From Planctomycetota bacterium (GTDB lineage Bacteria; Planctomycetota; UBA8108; SXIK01): 64,000 bases of DNA. Location: contig CBDCXR010000004.1 of assembly GCA_965223845.1 (NCBI GenBank), positions 6,816,001-6,880,000 of the forward strand. The letters are read 5' to 3'. The notes under the pieces are model-generated. The model saw nothing but the letters and a program-made list of their open reading frames with translations. It was not told where the DNA came from and did not search any database. A program made the translations under genes and the position numbers. Of this stretch, positions 9,970-19,799 are shown one piece after another. Positions within the stretch are counted from its first letter, which is position 1. Each line of letters opens with the position of its first letter.

Positions 9970-10992
9970 ATGCACTCTCTCTTCATCGCCGAAGCGTATC
10001 TCCACCGACTCGATCCGTTCGCGATACAGTTCACCGAGACGTTCGGGATTCGCTGGTACGGACTATCGTACCTCGCGGGGTTCGTAGCCGGTTGGGCGAT
10101 CATTCGGTGGCTGGCTCGCACCGGGCGCTGCGCTCTCTCGCCGGCGGACGTGGGCGACTTCATGTTCTATCTGATCCTCGGCGTGATCGTCGGCGGGCGA
10201 CTCGGCTACTGCATCTTTTACGATCCGAGCCTGTTCGTCGACCCGCCGCTCCTCGGCGTGGTTCAGGTCTGGAAGGGCGGGATGGCGAGTCACGGCGGGA
10301 TGCTCGGCGTCGTCGCGGCTTCGTGGTGGTTCGCCCGAACGAGGAAGCACTCGATCTTTCATCTCTTCGATATCACGGCGCTCGCCTGTCCGCCCGGGCT
10401 CTGCCTCGGGCGCCTCGCAAACTTCATCAACGGCGAGCTTTGGGGCAAGGCGCTGCCGGCGGAGATGCAGGCAAACCCGCCGTGGTGGAGCCTCAAGTAT
10501 CCCGAGGAAATCCTGCAATCGCCGCGCTCCTGGGAGCCGCGACTCTCGGGACTCGAAGGTCATTTGTCGGATCGGGTGGACACCCTCCCCGCTGCGGTCG
10601 TGGGCGCGCTTCGCGAGGGCGACGAGGTCGTGACGGAGGCGGTGGCTCCTCTCCTCACGGCGTACTATCCGTCGCAGCTCTACCAAGCTCTCACGGACGG
10701 ACCGATTCTCATCGCGGCGGTGGCCGCGGCGTGGTGGTTCCGACTGAAGCCCGGCGTCGCGGGCGGCTGGTTCCTGATCAGCTACGGAATTCTCCGCGTC
10801 GTCACCGAGGTCTTCCGGCAGCCGGATCCGGGGGTCGCGGTGCTCGGGACGCCTCTCGGTGATCTCTCGCGCGGACAGCAGCTCAGCCTGCTCATGATCG
10901 GGTGCGGCCTCGCGATGATGATCGGATGCGCGAGGAGGCGGGTGGCACCCCTCGGATCGCTTCGGCGAACGAGGGAACCCGACGCCGATTGA
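9970..10992 (+). CDS. lgt: Prolipoprotein diacylglyceryl transferase
   Basis: IRWYGLSY, GGRLGY, WKGGMASHGG, GRLANFINGELWG, YPSQLY, RVVTEVFRQPD. GAGGA precedes ATG 9970. Confidence 0.96.
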   Translation: MHSLFIAEAYLHRLDPFAIQFTETFGIRWYGLSYLAGFVAGWAIIRWLARTGRCALSPADVGDFMFYLILGVIVGGRLGYCIFYDPSLFVDPPLLGVVQVWKGGMASHGGMLGVVAASWWFARTRKHSIFHLFDITALACPPGLCLGRLANFINGELWGKALPAEMQANPPWWSLKYPEEILQSPRSWEPRLSGLEGHLSDRVDTLPAAVVGALREGDEVVTEAVAPLLTAYYPSQLYQALTDGPILIAAVAAAWWFRLKPGVAGGWFLISYGILRVVTEVFRQPDPGVAVLGTPLGDLSRGQQLSLLMIGCGLAMMIGCARRRVAPLGSLRRTREPDAD

Positions 10993-11892
10993 CTACGGAG
11001 TCGGCGCGACGTCGAGAGCGGCTTCGACGAGAGGGTTTTTCGGCTCGCCTCCCCTCCACGCCGCGACGACGGGAAACTCCGAACCGGCGACGGTCAGCGG
11101 GTACGCGTCGACTCCGGGCGCCTTCGGTCCCTTCGAATCGAGGTGCGGCACCAGCGAGTAGCCGAGACCCGCGCCGACGAAACCGAGGATGGTTTCGGCG
11201 GACGTCGCCGAGATCGTTCGTTCGGGCGTGATTCCGTGCTCGCGAAGGGCTTCGAGCTGAAGGAAGTGCGCGCGAAGGCCGGCGGGATAAGCGACGAACG
11301 GCTCGCCCGCGAGCGAGGCGAGTCGATCGGCGATCGACCCTGCACTGTCGCGCGTGCGGCTCGCCGTCCGATCTCTCGGCGCCACGAGAAACGTCGAGAG
11401 TCGTCCCACCGGACGAGACTCGGCGACGCCCGAGCCTAGCTCGGGGAGGTACCCCACGATGAGGTCGCACTCGCCGCGGGAGAGAGCGGACGCGTTCGGC
11501 TCGTGACGTTCCCGTAAATCGATGCGAATGCTCGGCCGCGCCCGCTGGAGCCGGCGAAGCCAGGCGGGCAGCAGCCGGCGAATCAGCATCGGCTCGGCGA
11601 CGACGACGAGCTTGCCGGCGAACTCGCCTGCGCGGAGGCCGCGGACGACCCCGGGGAGACGCTCGAAGAAAGGCGCCACGAACTCGAACAGGTTTCGCCC
11701 GGCCGGCGTTGGAAGCATGCGGTCGCGGCCTTCGCGACGGAAGAGCGCCGTGCCGAGCTCGCCCTCGAGCTTCTTCACCTGTTGGTGCACGGCGGGCTGC
11801 GTAATCGGATAGGGAAACGCGCGGGCCGCTCGGGCGTAGCCCCCGGTCTTCGCCACCCAGTAGAAGCCCTCGAGGCGGTGAAGCTGAATCAT
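10993..11892 (-). CDS. LysR-family transcriptional regulator
   Basis: HTH LEGFYWVAKTGGYARAA...ITQPAVHQQVKKLEGELG..LFRR, followed by a LysR substrate-binding domain. Divergent from aas. Confidence 0.93.
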   Translation of the reverse strand: MIQLHRLEGFYWVAKTGGYARAARAFPYPITQPAVHQQVKKLEGELGTALFRREGRDRMLPTPAGRNLFEFVAPFFERLPGVVRGLRAGEFAGKLVVVAEPMLIRRLLPAWLRRLQRARPSIRIDLRERHEPNASALSRGECDLIVGYLPELGSGVAESRPVGRLSTFLVAPRDRTASRTRDSAGSIADRLASLAGEPFVAYPAGLRAHFLQLEALREHGITPERTISATSAETILGFVGAGLGYSLVPHLDSKGPKAPGVDAYPLTVAGSEFPVVAAWRGGEPKNPLVEAALDVAPTP

Positions 11893-11904
11893 TAAGCAAA
11901 GCTT

Positions 11905-11929
11905 ATTGATTGGATAAAAAACAATCAAT
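11905..11929. promoter_or_regulatory. Putative LysR binding site (ATTGATTG-N9-CAATCAAT, contains T-N11-A)
   Basis: Perfect 8-bp inverted repeat in an AT-rich island directly upstream of the lysR start. T11911-N11-A11923 fits the LysR box rule. Confidence 0.7.
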
Positions 11930-12084
11930 GGCTGTGAAGTAGTTTTCGGGCGATCATTCTTAGGGCCCTAAGAAGACAGCCGGTGCGGCGAACGGAGGAG
12001 CAGAGCGGGGTCGCTCTGGTCCGAAGAAGTGAAGAAGAGAGAGCGCCGCGACCGAGGCCGCGGCATCGGCGGAGGAATCGACCC

Positions 12085-15000
12085 TTGTCCGAAGCGAACC
12101 GACACCCGCTCCGTGGTCTTCTCACGGCTCAGTTCTTCGGCGCGTTCAACGACAACGCGTGGAAGATCGTCGTCGTGCTCCTCGGAATTCGCGCGGTGGC
12201 GGCGGGCGCTGATTCGGCCGGCGCGGCGAAGCAGGAGGTCGCTACGATCGCGACGCTCGTCCTGCTCCTCCCGCTTTGCCTCCTCTCGCTGCCCGGAGGA
12301 ATCCTGGCGAATCGCATCTCGAAACGGAGTGTGATCGTCGCGCTGAAGGGAGTCGAGACCGCGCTCATGCTCGCGGGGACGCTCGTCCTACTCTTCGCTC
12401 CGAGTCAGCAGATCCTTCTTCTCGTCGTTCTCGGCGGCATGGGCGTACAGAGCGCTCTCTTCGGTCCCGCGAAATACGGCATCCTGCCGGAGATCCTCGA
12501 TCACGAGCGCCTCTCGCGAGGCAATGGGCTCCTCGAGCTGTGGTCGTTCTCGGCGATCGTTCTCGGCACCGCCGTCGGTGGCTTTCTCCTCGAGCAGTCC
12601 GGCGGGCAGCTCTGGTTCGTCGGCGCGCTCCTCACGTTCCTCGCCGGCGTGGGCTGGTTCGCCGCGCGATCGATTCCTCCGGTCCCGCCCGCGTGCCGCG
12701 AAAAGCAGTTCGGCGAATCGATCGTCGCGGCGTGGCGCTCGATCCGTGGACAGCGAGTGCTCTGGCTTACGGTGCTCGGATCGACGCTCTTTTGGTCGGT
12801 CGCGATGCTCGTCGGACAGGAAGTTCTCGTGTACACCGAGAACACGCTCGGCCAGCCCGAGAGCACTGCGAGCGTGCCCCTCGCCGTGCTCTCGATCGGC
12901 GTCGGGATCGGGAGCGTAATCTCCGGACGACTCTCCGGTGACAAGGTCGAGTACGGACTCATTCCCTTCGGTGCCGCCGGACTCGCCGGTTCGCTCATCC
13001 TCTTCGGGATCGTCGAACCGGGGATCGCCGGAACGATCGCGTTCATGATCCCGGTGGGTCTCTTCAGCGGCTTCGTCCTCGTCCCTCTCAACTCACTTCT
13101 TCAGTGGCGCTCGCCGTCGGAGTGTCGCGGCGGCGTCATCGCGATCGCGAATGCGATCGCCTTCGCGGGCATGATCGCGGGAACCCTCGCCGCCCGTGCT
13201 CTCGCCGGGTGGGGGCTCACCGAGACGCAGGGAATCGCCGCTGCCGGCGCTCTCACGGCGCTCGGGACGATGTGGGCGCTGTGGCTTCTCCCAGACGCGT
13301 TTCTCCGGTTCCTCCTCATTCTCCTCACCCACAGCCTCTACCGTCTGAAGGTCATCGGTCGCGTCAACGTGCCGGGCGACGGCGGGGCGCTTCTCGTTCC
13401 GAATCACGTTTCCTTCGCCGACGGACTCTTCCTCATCGCGAGCGTCGATCGACCGATCCGGTTCATCGTAGACGCGAACTACTTTCACCACCCGCTCCTC
13501 AAGCCGTTCATGAAGTCGCTCGGCGCGATCCCGATTTCGACGGCCGGCGGACCGCGTGTCGTGCTCCGCGCCCTCCGTGCAGCGGGCGACTATCTCGATC
13601 GCGGGCACCTCGTCTGTATCTTCGCTGAGGGGCAGATCACTCGTACCGGAATGCTGCTTCCCTTCCGGCGTGGACTCGAGCGCATCGTCAAGGGACGGAA
13701 AGCGCCGCTCATACCGGTTCACCTCGACGGCGTCTGGGGAAGCGTGTTTAGTCACGCCGGCGGGCGCTTCATGACGAAGATCCCGAAGCGGATCCCGTAT
13801 CCCGTGACGGTGACCTTCGGTGAATCGCTCCCCGCGGGCACTCCGGTGTTCGACGTGCGCAAGGCCGTTCAGGACCTCAGCGTCGTCGCGTGGGGTGCGC
13901 GTCAGGACGAGCGCCGGCCGCTTCACCACAGCTTCGTCCGGCGGTGTCGTCGTCGGCCGTTCAATCTCCTCTTCGCGGACGCGTCGCGTCCGCGGGTGAG
14001 TCGATTCGCGGGACTCACCGGTGCGATCGCGCTCGCGCGCGCCCTGCGCGAGAAGTGGCGCGGGCAGGAGACCGTCGGCATTCTCCTTCCCTCGTCGGTC
14101 GGCGGTGCGACGGTGAACCTCGCCGCGGCATTCGCCGGTCGCACGAGCGTCAATCTCAACTTCACGAGCGGCGCCTCGTCGTTCGCGTCTGCAGTGCAGC
14201 AGTCCGATCTCCGAACGATCGTCAGCCATCGCGAGTTCGTCGAGAAGCTGGGAATCGAGATCCCATCCTCCGTCGAGACGATTTGGATCGAGGACATCAG
14301 CGCTCGCATCGGAACGGTTTCGCGGTGTGTCGCGTCGCTTCTCGCACTAGCGGCGCCGGTGCGCTTCATCGAGCGGGCGTGCGGCGCCGAACGAAGAATC
14401 GTCGCGCGCGACACGGCGACGATCATATTCTCGAGCGGGAGCACCGGTGAGCCGAAGGGGGTGATGCTCAGTCACGCGAACGTCGACGCGAATGTCGAAG
14501 GCGTCGCCCAAGTGACGCGGGTCGACGAGCACGATCGTCTGCTCGGAGTCCTTCCGCTCTTTCATTCCTTCGGATACATGGCGCTCTGGTTCGCGGCCAA
14601 CCGAGACCTCGGGACGATCTTCCATCCGAATCCGCTCGACGCAGGCAAGGTGGGCGAGCTGACTCACCGCTACAACGTGACCCTTCTCATCGCGACTCCG
14701 ACCTTCCTTCAGCTCTACCTGCGTCGATGCACCCCGGCGCAGTTCGGGTCGCTTCGCATCGTTCTCTGCGGCGCGGAGAAGCTCTCCGATCGACTCGCCG
14801 CCGCGTTCGAGGAGCGCTTCGGAATCCGGCCGCTCGAAGGCTACGGCGCGACGGAGTGCTCTCCGGCGATCACTGTGAGCGCGCTCGACTATCGGGCGCC
14901 GGGGTTCTACCAGCCGGGTTCACGCCGCGGGTCGGTGGGGCAACCGCTTCCGGGGGTCGCCGTTCGCATCGTGAACCCCGATACGGGCGAAGCGCTCGCG

Positions 15001-15501
15001 GCGAACGAGCCCGGGCTGATCCTCGTGCGCGGACCGAACGTCATGCAGGGCTACCTCAAGCGCCCGGAGCTGACCGCCGAAGCGATGCGCGACGGCTGGT
15101 ACGTGACGGGAGACATCGGGACGATCGACGACGACGGTTTCCTCCGCATCACGGATCGTCTGTCGCGCTTCTCGAAGATCGGCGGCGAGATGGTTCCGCA
15201 CGGGAAAGTCGAGGAGTCGCTCCAGACCGCAGCGGGCGAAGAGCTGCAGGTGTTCGCCGTCACGTCGGTCTCGGACGAGAAGAAGGGCGAGCGCCTCGCG
15301 GTTCTCCACACGATCGAGGAGGAGCGCATCCCGGAGATTCTCTCGGCCCTCCAGTGCGAGGGGCTTCCGAATCTCTTCATCCCCAAGGTCGAGCAGTTCG
15401 TCCGCGTCGAAGAGCTCCCCGTGCTCGGTACGGGCAAGCTCGATCTCCGCGCCGTGAAGAACATCGCGAGCGAAACGTTCACTCGCGCGACGTCGACGTG
15501 A
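12085..15501 (+). CDS. aas: Acyl-ACP--phospholipid O-acyltransferase / acyl-ACP synthetase with N-terminal MFS (LplT-Aas fusion)
   Basis: MFS N-terminus (QFFGAFNDN, QSALFGPAKYGILPE); PlsC motifs NHVSFAD and FAEGQITR; AMP-binding FSSGSTGEPKG, EGYGATE, WYVTGD, RFSKIGGEMV, TGKLD. TTG start at 12085 behind GGAGGA. Confidence 0.93.
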   Translation: MSEANRHPLRGLLTAQFFGAFNDNAWKIVVVLLGIRAVAAGADSAGAAKQEVATIATLVLLLPLCLLSLPGGILANRISKRSVIVALKGVETALMLAGTLVLLFAPSQQILLLVVLGGMGVQSALFGPAKYGILPEILDHERLSRGNGLLELWSFSAIVLGTAVGGFLLEQSGGQLWFVGALLTFLAGVGWFAARSIPPVPPACREKQFGESIVAAWRSIRGQRVLWLTVLGSTLFWSVAMLVGQEVLVYTENTLGQPESTASVPLAVLSIGVGIGSVISGRLSGDKVEYGLIPFGAAGLAGSLILFGIVEPGIAGTIAFMIPVGLFSGFVLVPLNSLLQWRSPSECRGGVIAIANAIAFAGMIAGTLAARALAGWGLTETQGIAAAGALTALGTMWALWLLPDAFLRFLLILLTHSLYRLKVIGRVNVPGDGGALLVPNHVSFADGLFLIASVDRPIRFIVDANYFHHPLLKPFMKSLGAIPISTAGGPRVVLRALRAAGDYLDRGHLVCIFAEGQITRTGMLLPFRRGLERIVKGRKAPLIPVHLDGVWGSVFSHAGGRFMTKIPKRIPYPVTVTFGESLPAGTPVFDVRKAVQDLSVVAWGARQDERRPLHHSFVRRCRRRPFNLLFADASRPRVSRFAGLTGAIALARALREKWRGQETVGILLPSSVGGATVNLAAAFAGRTSVNLNFTSGASSFASAVQQSDLRTIVSHREFVEKLGIEIPSSVETIWIEDISARIGTVSRCVASLLALAAPVRFIERACGAERRIVARDTATIIFSSGSTGEPKGVMLSHANVDANVEGVAQVTRVDEHDRLLGVLPLFHSFGYMALWFAANRDLGTIFHPNPLDAGKVGELTHRYNVTLLIATPTFLQLYLRRCTPAQFGSLRIVLCGAEKLSDRLAAAFEERFGIRPLEGYGATECSPAITVSALDYRAPGFYQPGSRRGSVGQPLPGVAVRIVNPDTGEALAANEPGLILVRGPNVMQGYLKRPELTAEAMRDGWYVTGDIGTIDDDGFLRITDRLSRFSKIGGEMVPHGKVEESLQTAAGEELQVFAVTSVSDEKKGERLAVLHTIEEERIPEILSALQCEGLPNLFIPKVEQFVRVEELPVLGTGKLDLRAVKNIASETFTRATST

Positions 15502-17647
15502 CGCGGTCGGGCGTTAGCCGGCGCAAGACGACGAGCTCGAGGAGGAGCAGCGCGAGCGCCGCGCTGAGACAAAGCGGCCAGAGGTCGCGTCGCGTCACGA
15601 CTTCGATCGGCTCCTCGCCGAGGGGCGATGAAGGCGAGACGACGGCCAAATCGAATCGTGTGCTCAGCTCGTTCGCCGTCTCCTCCGCGACCCGGGAAAG
15701 ATCCGATTCCGCCGCCGGCACGTTCACGGCGTACGTCGCGGCTGCGCCCGTCGATCCGTCTCGCCGGCCGAGGCGATAGAGCCCCGGCGTTCGCGTCCTC
15801 GTGAACACGCCCACCGCGCGGCCATCGCGCAGCTCGGCCTTCAGCGCCAGCGTCTCTCCGGTGGGTGCGATGACGTGCAGATCATCCGCCGCGCGAAGAT
15901 CCTCGAGCGAAGTGACAATCTCCTCTCCGACGTGGAGATTGCGACTGGATTCGCGTGGCGCGAGGAGGGAGCGCGCGAGCTCGTGGAGGAGAGGAACGAA
16001 GAGCGTACTGCGCGGCAGGGTCGTCGTCTCGGCGCTGGCGGAGGTCGCGACGAGAGTGACCCGGCCCCGACCGTAGCGTTTCTCGACGATCCACGGCGAT
16101 CGTCCGTTTGTTCCGGCGAGTGACGCGAGAATCTCGGCGCCCCGCGCGACCTCGGTGAATTCGATCCAGCTGCGGACGTCGATGCGCGAGAGGTCGCCAC
16201 TCCCGGGTCGACCGAAATGTTCGAGGGCGGGGTGCGAGAAGGATAGATCCGCGGGATGGGCGCTCCCGCTTTCGGCCGCAGTTTCCCCAGTCGAAAGGCG
16301 CGCGGGCAAGAGTCCGTGCTCTCCGCGGTAGAGTTCGTCGTTCCACGCGTCCGTGTTCGTCGCGGGACCGAGGAACACGAGGAGTCCGCCGCCCGAGGCG
16401 ACGTAGCGCTCGAGTCGGCGCGCCGTCTCACCCTCGATCCGCGCGACGTCGGCGAAGACGATCACCGCGTAGCGCTCGAGTTGTTCGGCGGAGAGGTCGC
16501 GCGCGAGTTCGGGCTCGAAGAGTGTCGGCGTTCCCGCGGCGTCGGTCCTCGCGGGAGCGAACGCGAGATCGACGAGCCGCGCCGAGCTCGAATCGCTCGT
16601 CCCGTCGCCGACGACGAGAATGCGCGTCGCGTCGAGGACATCGACGATGAGGTAGCGGATGTCGTCGATCGGGAGACCGTCGGCGGGAATCCGCGCGCGG
16701 ACGACGTGCTCACCGGGCGTCTCGAATCTCCGGGAGACCGCGATCGACGCGCTGGGCTCCCCGCGGAAGTCGGCGCGCTGGCGGGCGAATTCCTCTCCCC
16801 CGTCGAAGAATCGAACGAGCAGCGACTCGAGCGGCTCGGCCGCGGGCGACGCGATCGTCGCCGCGACATCGGCGACTCGGTCCGTCCCGGCCAGGCGTCC
16901 GGCGCTGAGTCTCACCACGGCCGAGTTTCGAGTGCTCGCGGGTCGGCACTCCACGATGCGGATCTTCGCTCCTCCGCGCGAGTTTCGAGAGGGTTCGGTC
17001 TCACGAAGGCGCTCGAGACCGGACGCGTCGATCGTCGACGCCGCGAGATCGGTGAAGACGAAGATCTCGCGGAGGGGCGAGTCGAGCCTCCCCGCCGCCG
17101 CGATCGCGCGGTCGAGCTCCCGGTCGAGGTGAAACACCGCGGGCCCGGGTTCGAGAGCGCGAATTTGGTCGTGTGGATCCCTCGGTGCGTTCGCCGCCTG
17201 CGCTCCTCCGTCCGAATCCGCGAGAACGACGATCTCGTCTCGGCTCGACACCGAATCGAGAAGACGAAACGCTGCAGCGCGCGCGAGCTCGAGGTTCGAC
17301 GGCTCGCCCGGTGTGGCGCGGTAGGCCATGCTGAGCGACGTATCGAATACGAGAACGAATCCGCGCGCGGACTCGCCCGGAGCTCCGAGGACGTGCCGGC
17401 GCTCGCGGAGAAACGGCTGGACGACCGCGGCGACGAGCGCGACGACGACGAGCGTCCGGACGGCGAGGAGTACGACCTCGAGCCAGTGAAGGCGCCGGAG
17501 CTCGCGCGGACTCGCCTTCGTCAGGAAGCGCAGCGCCGGCCAGTCGACGACTCGCGCGCGGCGACGATCGAGAAGGTAGAGAACGACCGGGACGAGCGCC
17601 GCGGCGAAGAGAGGCAAGAGGTGAAGGTGGTCGACGAACGTGGGCAC
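15479..17647 (-). CDS. BatA-domain / VWA membrane protein
   Basis: BatA N-terminus (PVVLYLL...VDWPALRFL...LLAVR), VWA DTSLSM and FTD, GATase-like domain, C-terminal TM DLWPLCL..ALALLLLE. Confidence 0.87.
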   Translation of the reverse strand: MPTFVDHLHLLPLFAAALVPVVLYLLDRRRARVVDWPALRFLTKASPRELRRLHWLEVVLLAVRTLVVVALVAAVVQPFLRERRHVLGAPGESARGFVLVFDTSLSMAYRATPGEPSNLELARAAAFRLLDSVSSRDEIVVLADSDGGAQAANAPRDPHDQIRALEPGPAVFHLDRELDRAIAAAGRLDSPLREIFVFTDLAASTIDASGLERLRETEPSRNSRGGAKIRIVECRPASTRNSAVVRLSAGRLAGTDRVADVAATIASPAAEPLESLLVRFFDGGEEFARQRADFRGEPSASIAVSRRFETPGEHVVRARIPADGLPIDDIRYLIVDVLDATRILVVGDGTSDSSSARLVDLAFAPARTDAAGTPTLFEPELARDLSAEQLERYAVIVFADVARIEGETARRLERYVASGGGLLVFLGPATNTDAWNDELYRGEHGLLPARLSTGETAAESGSAHPADLSFSHPALEHFGRPGSGDLSRIDVRSWIEFTEVARGAEILASLAGTNGRSPWIVEKRYGRGRVTLVATSASAETTTLPRSTLFVPLLHELARSLLAPRESSRNLHVGEEIVTSLEDLRAADDLHVIAPTGETLALKAELRDGRAVGVFTRTRTPGLYRLGRRDGSTGAAATYAVNVPAAESDLSRVAEETANELSTRFDLAVVSPSSPLGEEPIEVVTRRDLWPLCLSAALALLLLELVVLRRLTPDRVTSTSRE

Positions 17648-17660
17648 GGGCAGGTCTGCG

Positions 17661-18575
17661 TCAAGCCGGAAGGCGCTGGCGACGCTCGAGGAATGAGCTG
17701 AGCGACTGCTCGAACGGAGTCGACGTCCGAACGAGCGCGTAGTCGACGCCGGCCGAGCGGCAGCCTCGCGCGAGACCTTCGCGATGCGCGAGAAGCTTGT
17801 CTTGGTAGATCGCGCGCACTTGACGAGCGTCGTAGCGGACCGTTGCCGCCGGGCGTTCGGGGTCGCGGAAGATCGTCCAGCCGGCGAAGGGCAGCTGTTC
17901 TTCGGCCGGGTCGAGTAGGTGGAACGCGATCACGTCGGAGCCGCGGTGGCGGAGCTGCGCGATCGCACGAAGTGCCGCGTCGAGATCGACGAGAAAGTCG
18001 GACACGACGACGACGAGCCCCCGGCGCATCGTCGAGGCGACGGCTTCGAGCCCCCGCCCGAGCTCGGTCGTCCCCTGCGGTTCGGTGGTTTCGAGGACGT
18101 GGAGGAGACCGTTCAGATGCTCCGCGGTCGACTTCGGCGGGAGACGTCCGCGCACGCCGCGGTCGAGAATCGTCAGCCCGACGGCGTCGCGTTGGCGGTG
18201 GAGAAGATACGCGAGCGCAGCGACCAGGAAGCGGCCGTAGCGAAACTTCGAGACCGGCCCGTCGGGATGGGCCATCGACGCCGACGCGTCGAGGACGAGG
18301 TCACAGCGCACGTTCGTCTCATCGTCGTACTCCCTCAGGTAGTAGCGATCGGTCCGGGCGTAGCTCCGCCAATCGATGCGCTGGACGGGGTCGCCCGGTG
18401 CGTACGCGCGGTGTTCAGCGAACTCGGACGAAGACCCTCGCTTCGGGCTCCGGTGGAGGCCGCGGAGAAATCCGTCGACGAGCTCGCGCGCGGCGAAGTC
18501 GATCGGTCCGAGCCGCAGCACTTCGACGGGGTCGAGCCAGGCGCCCAAGGGCGACGGCGACTCGTTCGCGCTCAT
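17661..18575 (-). CDS. DUF58 domain-containing protein
   Basis: GLHRSPKRGSSSEFAEHRAYAPGD..IDWRSYART.RYYLREYDDET..LDASASM; VVVSDF. Confidence 0.93.
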   Translation of the reverse strand: MSANESPSPLGAWLDPVEVLRLGPIDFAARELVDGFLRGLHRSPKRGSSSEFAEHRAYAPGDPVQRIDWRSYARTDRYYLREYDDETNVRCDLVLDASASMAHPDGPVSKFRYGRFLVAALAYLLHRQRDAVGLTILDRGVRGRLPPKSTAEHLNGLLHVLETTEPQGTTELGRGLEAVASTMRRGLVVVVSDFLVDLDAALRAIAQLRHRGSDVIAFHLLDPAEEQLPFAGWTIFRDPERPAATVRYDARQVRAIYQDKLLAHREGLARGCRSAGVDYALVRTSTPFEQSLSSFLERRQRLPA

Positions 18576-18657
18576 GACGCTGAGCCGAGGGATTCGAACC
18601 CCACTCCGACCGCGCCGCCGCGCTCTTCGACGCGCGGTGTCTCCGCGCGGGCTCCGC

Positions 18658-19734
18658 TCACGTCCGCGCTCCGACGTTCCGGTCATCGAGAAGTCGAGCG
18701 ACGATCCCGGCGCCGCTCAATCCGTCGACCGCTGCGTGAAAGTTCGTCACGATGCGGTGCGCGAGCACGGGGTCGGCGATCGCCCGGATGTCGTCGGCCG
18801 TGACGTGAAATCGTCCGCGGACGAGGGCCCGAGCCTTCGCCGCCTGGACGAGATTCTTCGCCGCGCGCGGGCCGGCGCCCCAAGAGACGTTCGTGCGGAC
18901 GTAGTCGGGTGCCTCGTCGTGATCGGGACGCGTCGCGCGCACGAGCTCGAGGGCCGTGCGGCAGACGCTCTCGGCGATCGGAACTCGCGGTACGACGGCT
19001 TGAATCTCCTGAATCGTTTTCGCATCGAGCACTTCGTCGATCGCGACTTCCTCGGGACGCATCGTCTGCTGCATGATGTCGAGCTCGTCTTCGGACGACG
19101 GATATTCGACGCGAAGCCCGAAGAGAAATCGATCTAGCTGAGCCTCGGGCAGGTTGTACGTCCCCTCCTGCTCGATGGGGTTTTGCGTCGCGATGACGAA
19201 GAACGGTGACGGAAGGTCGAGGGTCCGCTCGCCGACGGTGACTCGATGCTCCTCCATCGCCTCGAGGAGCGCCGATTGAGTTTTCGGCGGCGTGCGGTTG
19301 ATTTCGTCCGCAAGGAGGATGTGTGTGAACACGGGGCCGCGAATGAAGCGGAATGTCCGTTCGTCGGTCGCCGGATCGCGCTGAAGCACCTCGGTGCCGG
19401 TGATGTCAGACGGCATCAAGTCGGGCGTGAACTGCACGCGCCGGAACGAGAGAGAGAGGGCGCGCGCGAGCGTGCTGACGAGGAGCGTTTTCGCGAGTCC
19501 GGGAACGCCGGTCAAAATGCAGTGCCCGCCGGCGAAGAGAGCGATGAGAAGCTGATCGACGACCGCTCGCTGGCCGACGATGACCTTCTCGATTTCGCCG
19601 GTCAGTTGCGTGTAGGCACGACCGAGTCGCTCGACGCATTCGACGTCGGAGGCGCCCGGTGCTTCGGGTGGAGACGTGGGGCGGTCGTTCGGTCTGCGCG
19701 CGGGTTCGGGTGCGGTTTCGAGCGCTTCGGTCAT
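18658..19734 (-). CDS. moxR: MoxR-family AAA+ ATPase
   Basis: GVPGLAKT, RVQFTPDLMPSDITG, LADEINRTPPKTQSALLEAM, ATQNPIEQEGTY.LPEAQLDRF. Confidence 0.95.
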   Translation of the reverse strand: MTEALETAPEPARRPNDRPTSPPEAPGASDVECVERLGRAYTQLTGEIEKVIVGQRAVVDQLLIALFAGGHCILTGVPGLAKTLLVSTLARALSLSFRRVQFTPDLMPSDITGTEVLQRDPATDERTFRFIRGPVFTHILLADEINRTPPKTQSALLEAMEEHRVTVGERTLDLPSPFFVIATQNPIEQEGTYNLPEAQLDRFLFGLRVEYPSSEDELDIMQQTMRPEEVAIDEVLDAKTIQEIQAVVPRVPIAESVCRTALELVRATRPDHDEAPDYVRTNVSWGAGPRAAKNLVQAAKARALVRGRFHVTADDIRAIADPVLAHRIVTNFHAAVDGLSGAGIVARLLDDRNVGART

Positions 19735-19740
19735 GGCGGC

Positions 19741-19746
19741 ATTGTA
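19741..19746 (-). promoter_or_regulatory. TACAAT -10 hexamer 6 nt upstream of moxR ATG (leaderless-mRNA geometry)
   Basis: Minus strand reads ...ggtTACAATgccgccATG. No SD motif precedes the ATG. Confidence 0.5.
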
Positions 19747-19799
19747 ACCGCCGGTGACGTCGTTCTCTCGGTTCTCTCTCGCCCGAATGAGACGCTCGT

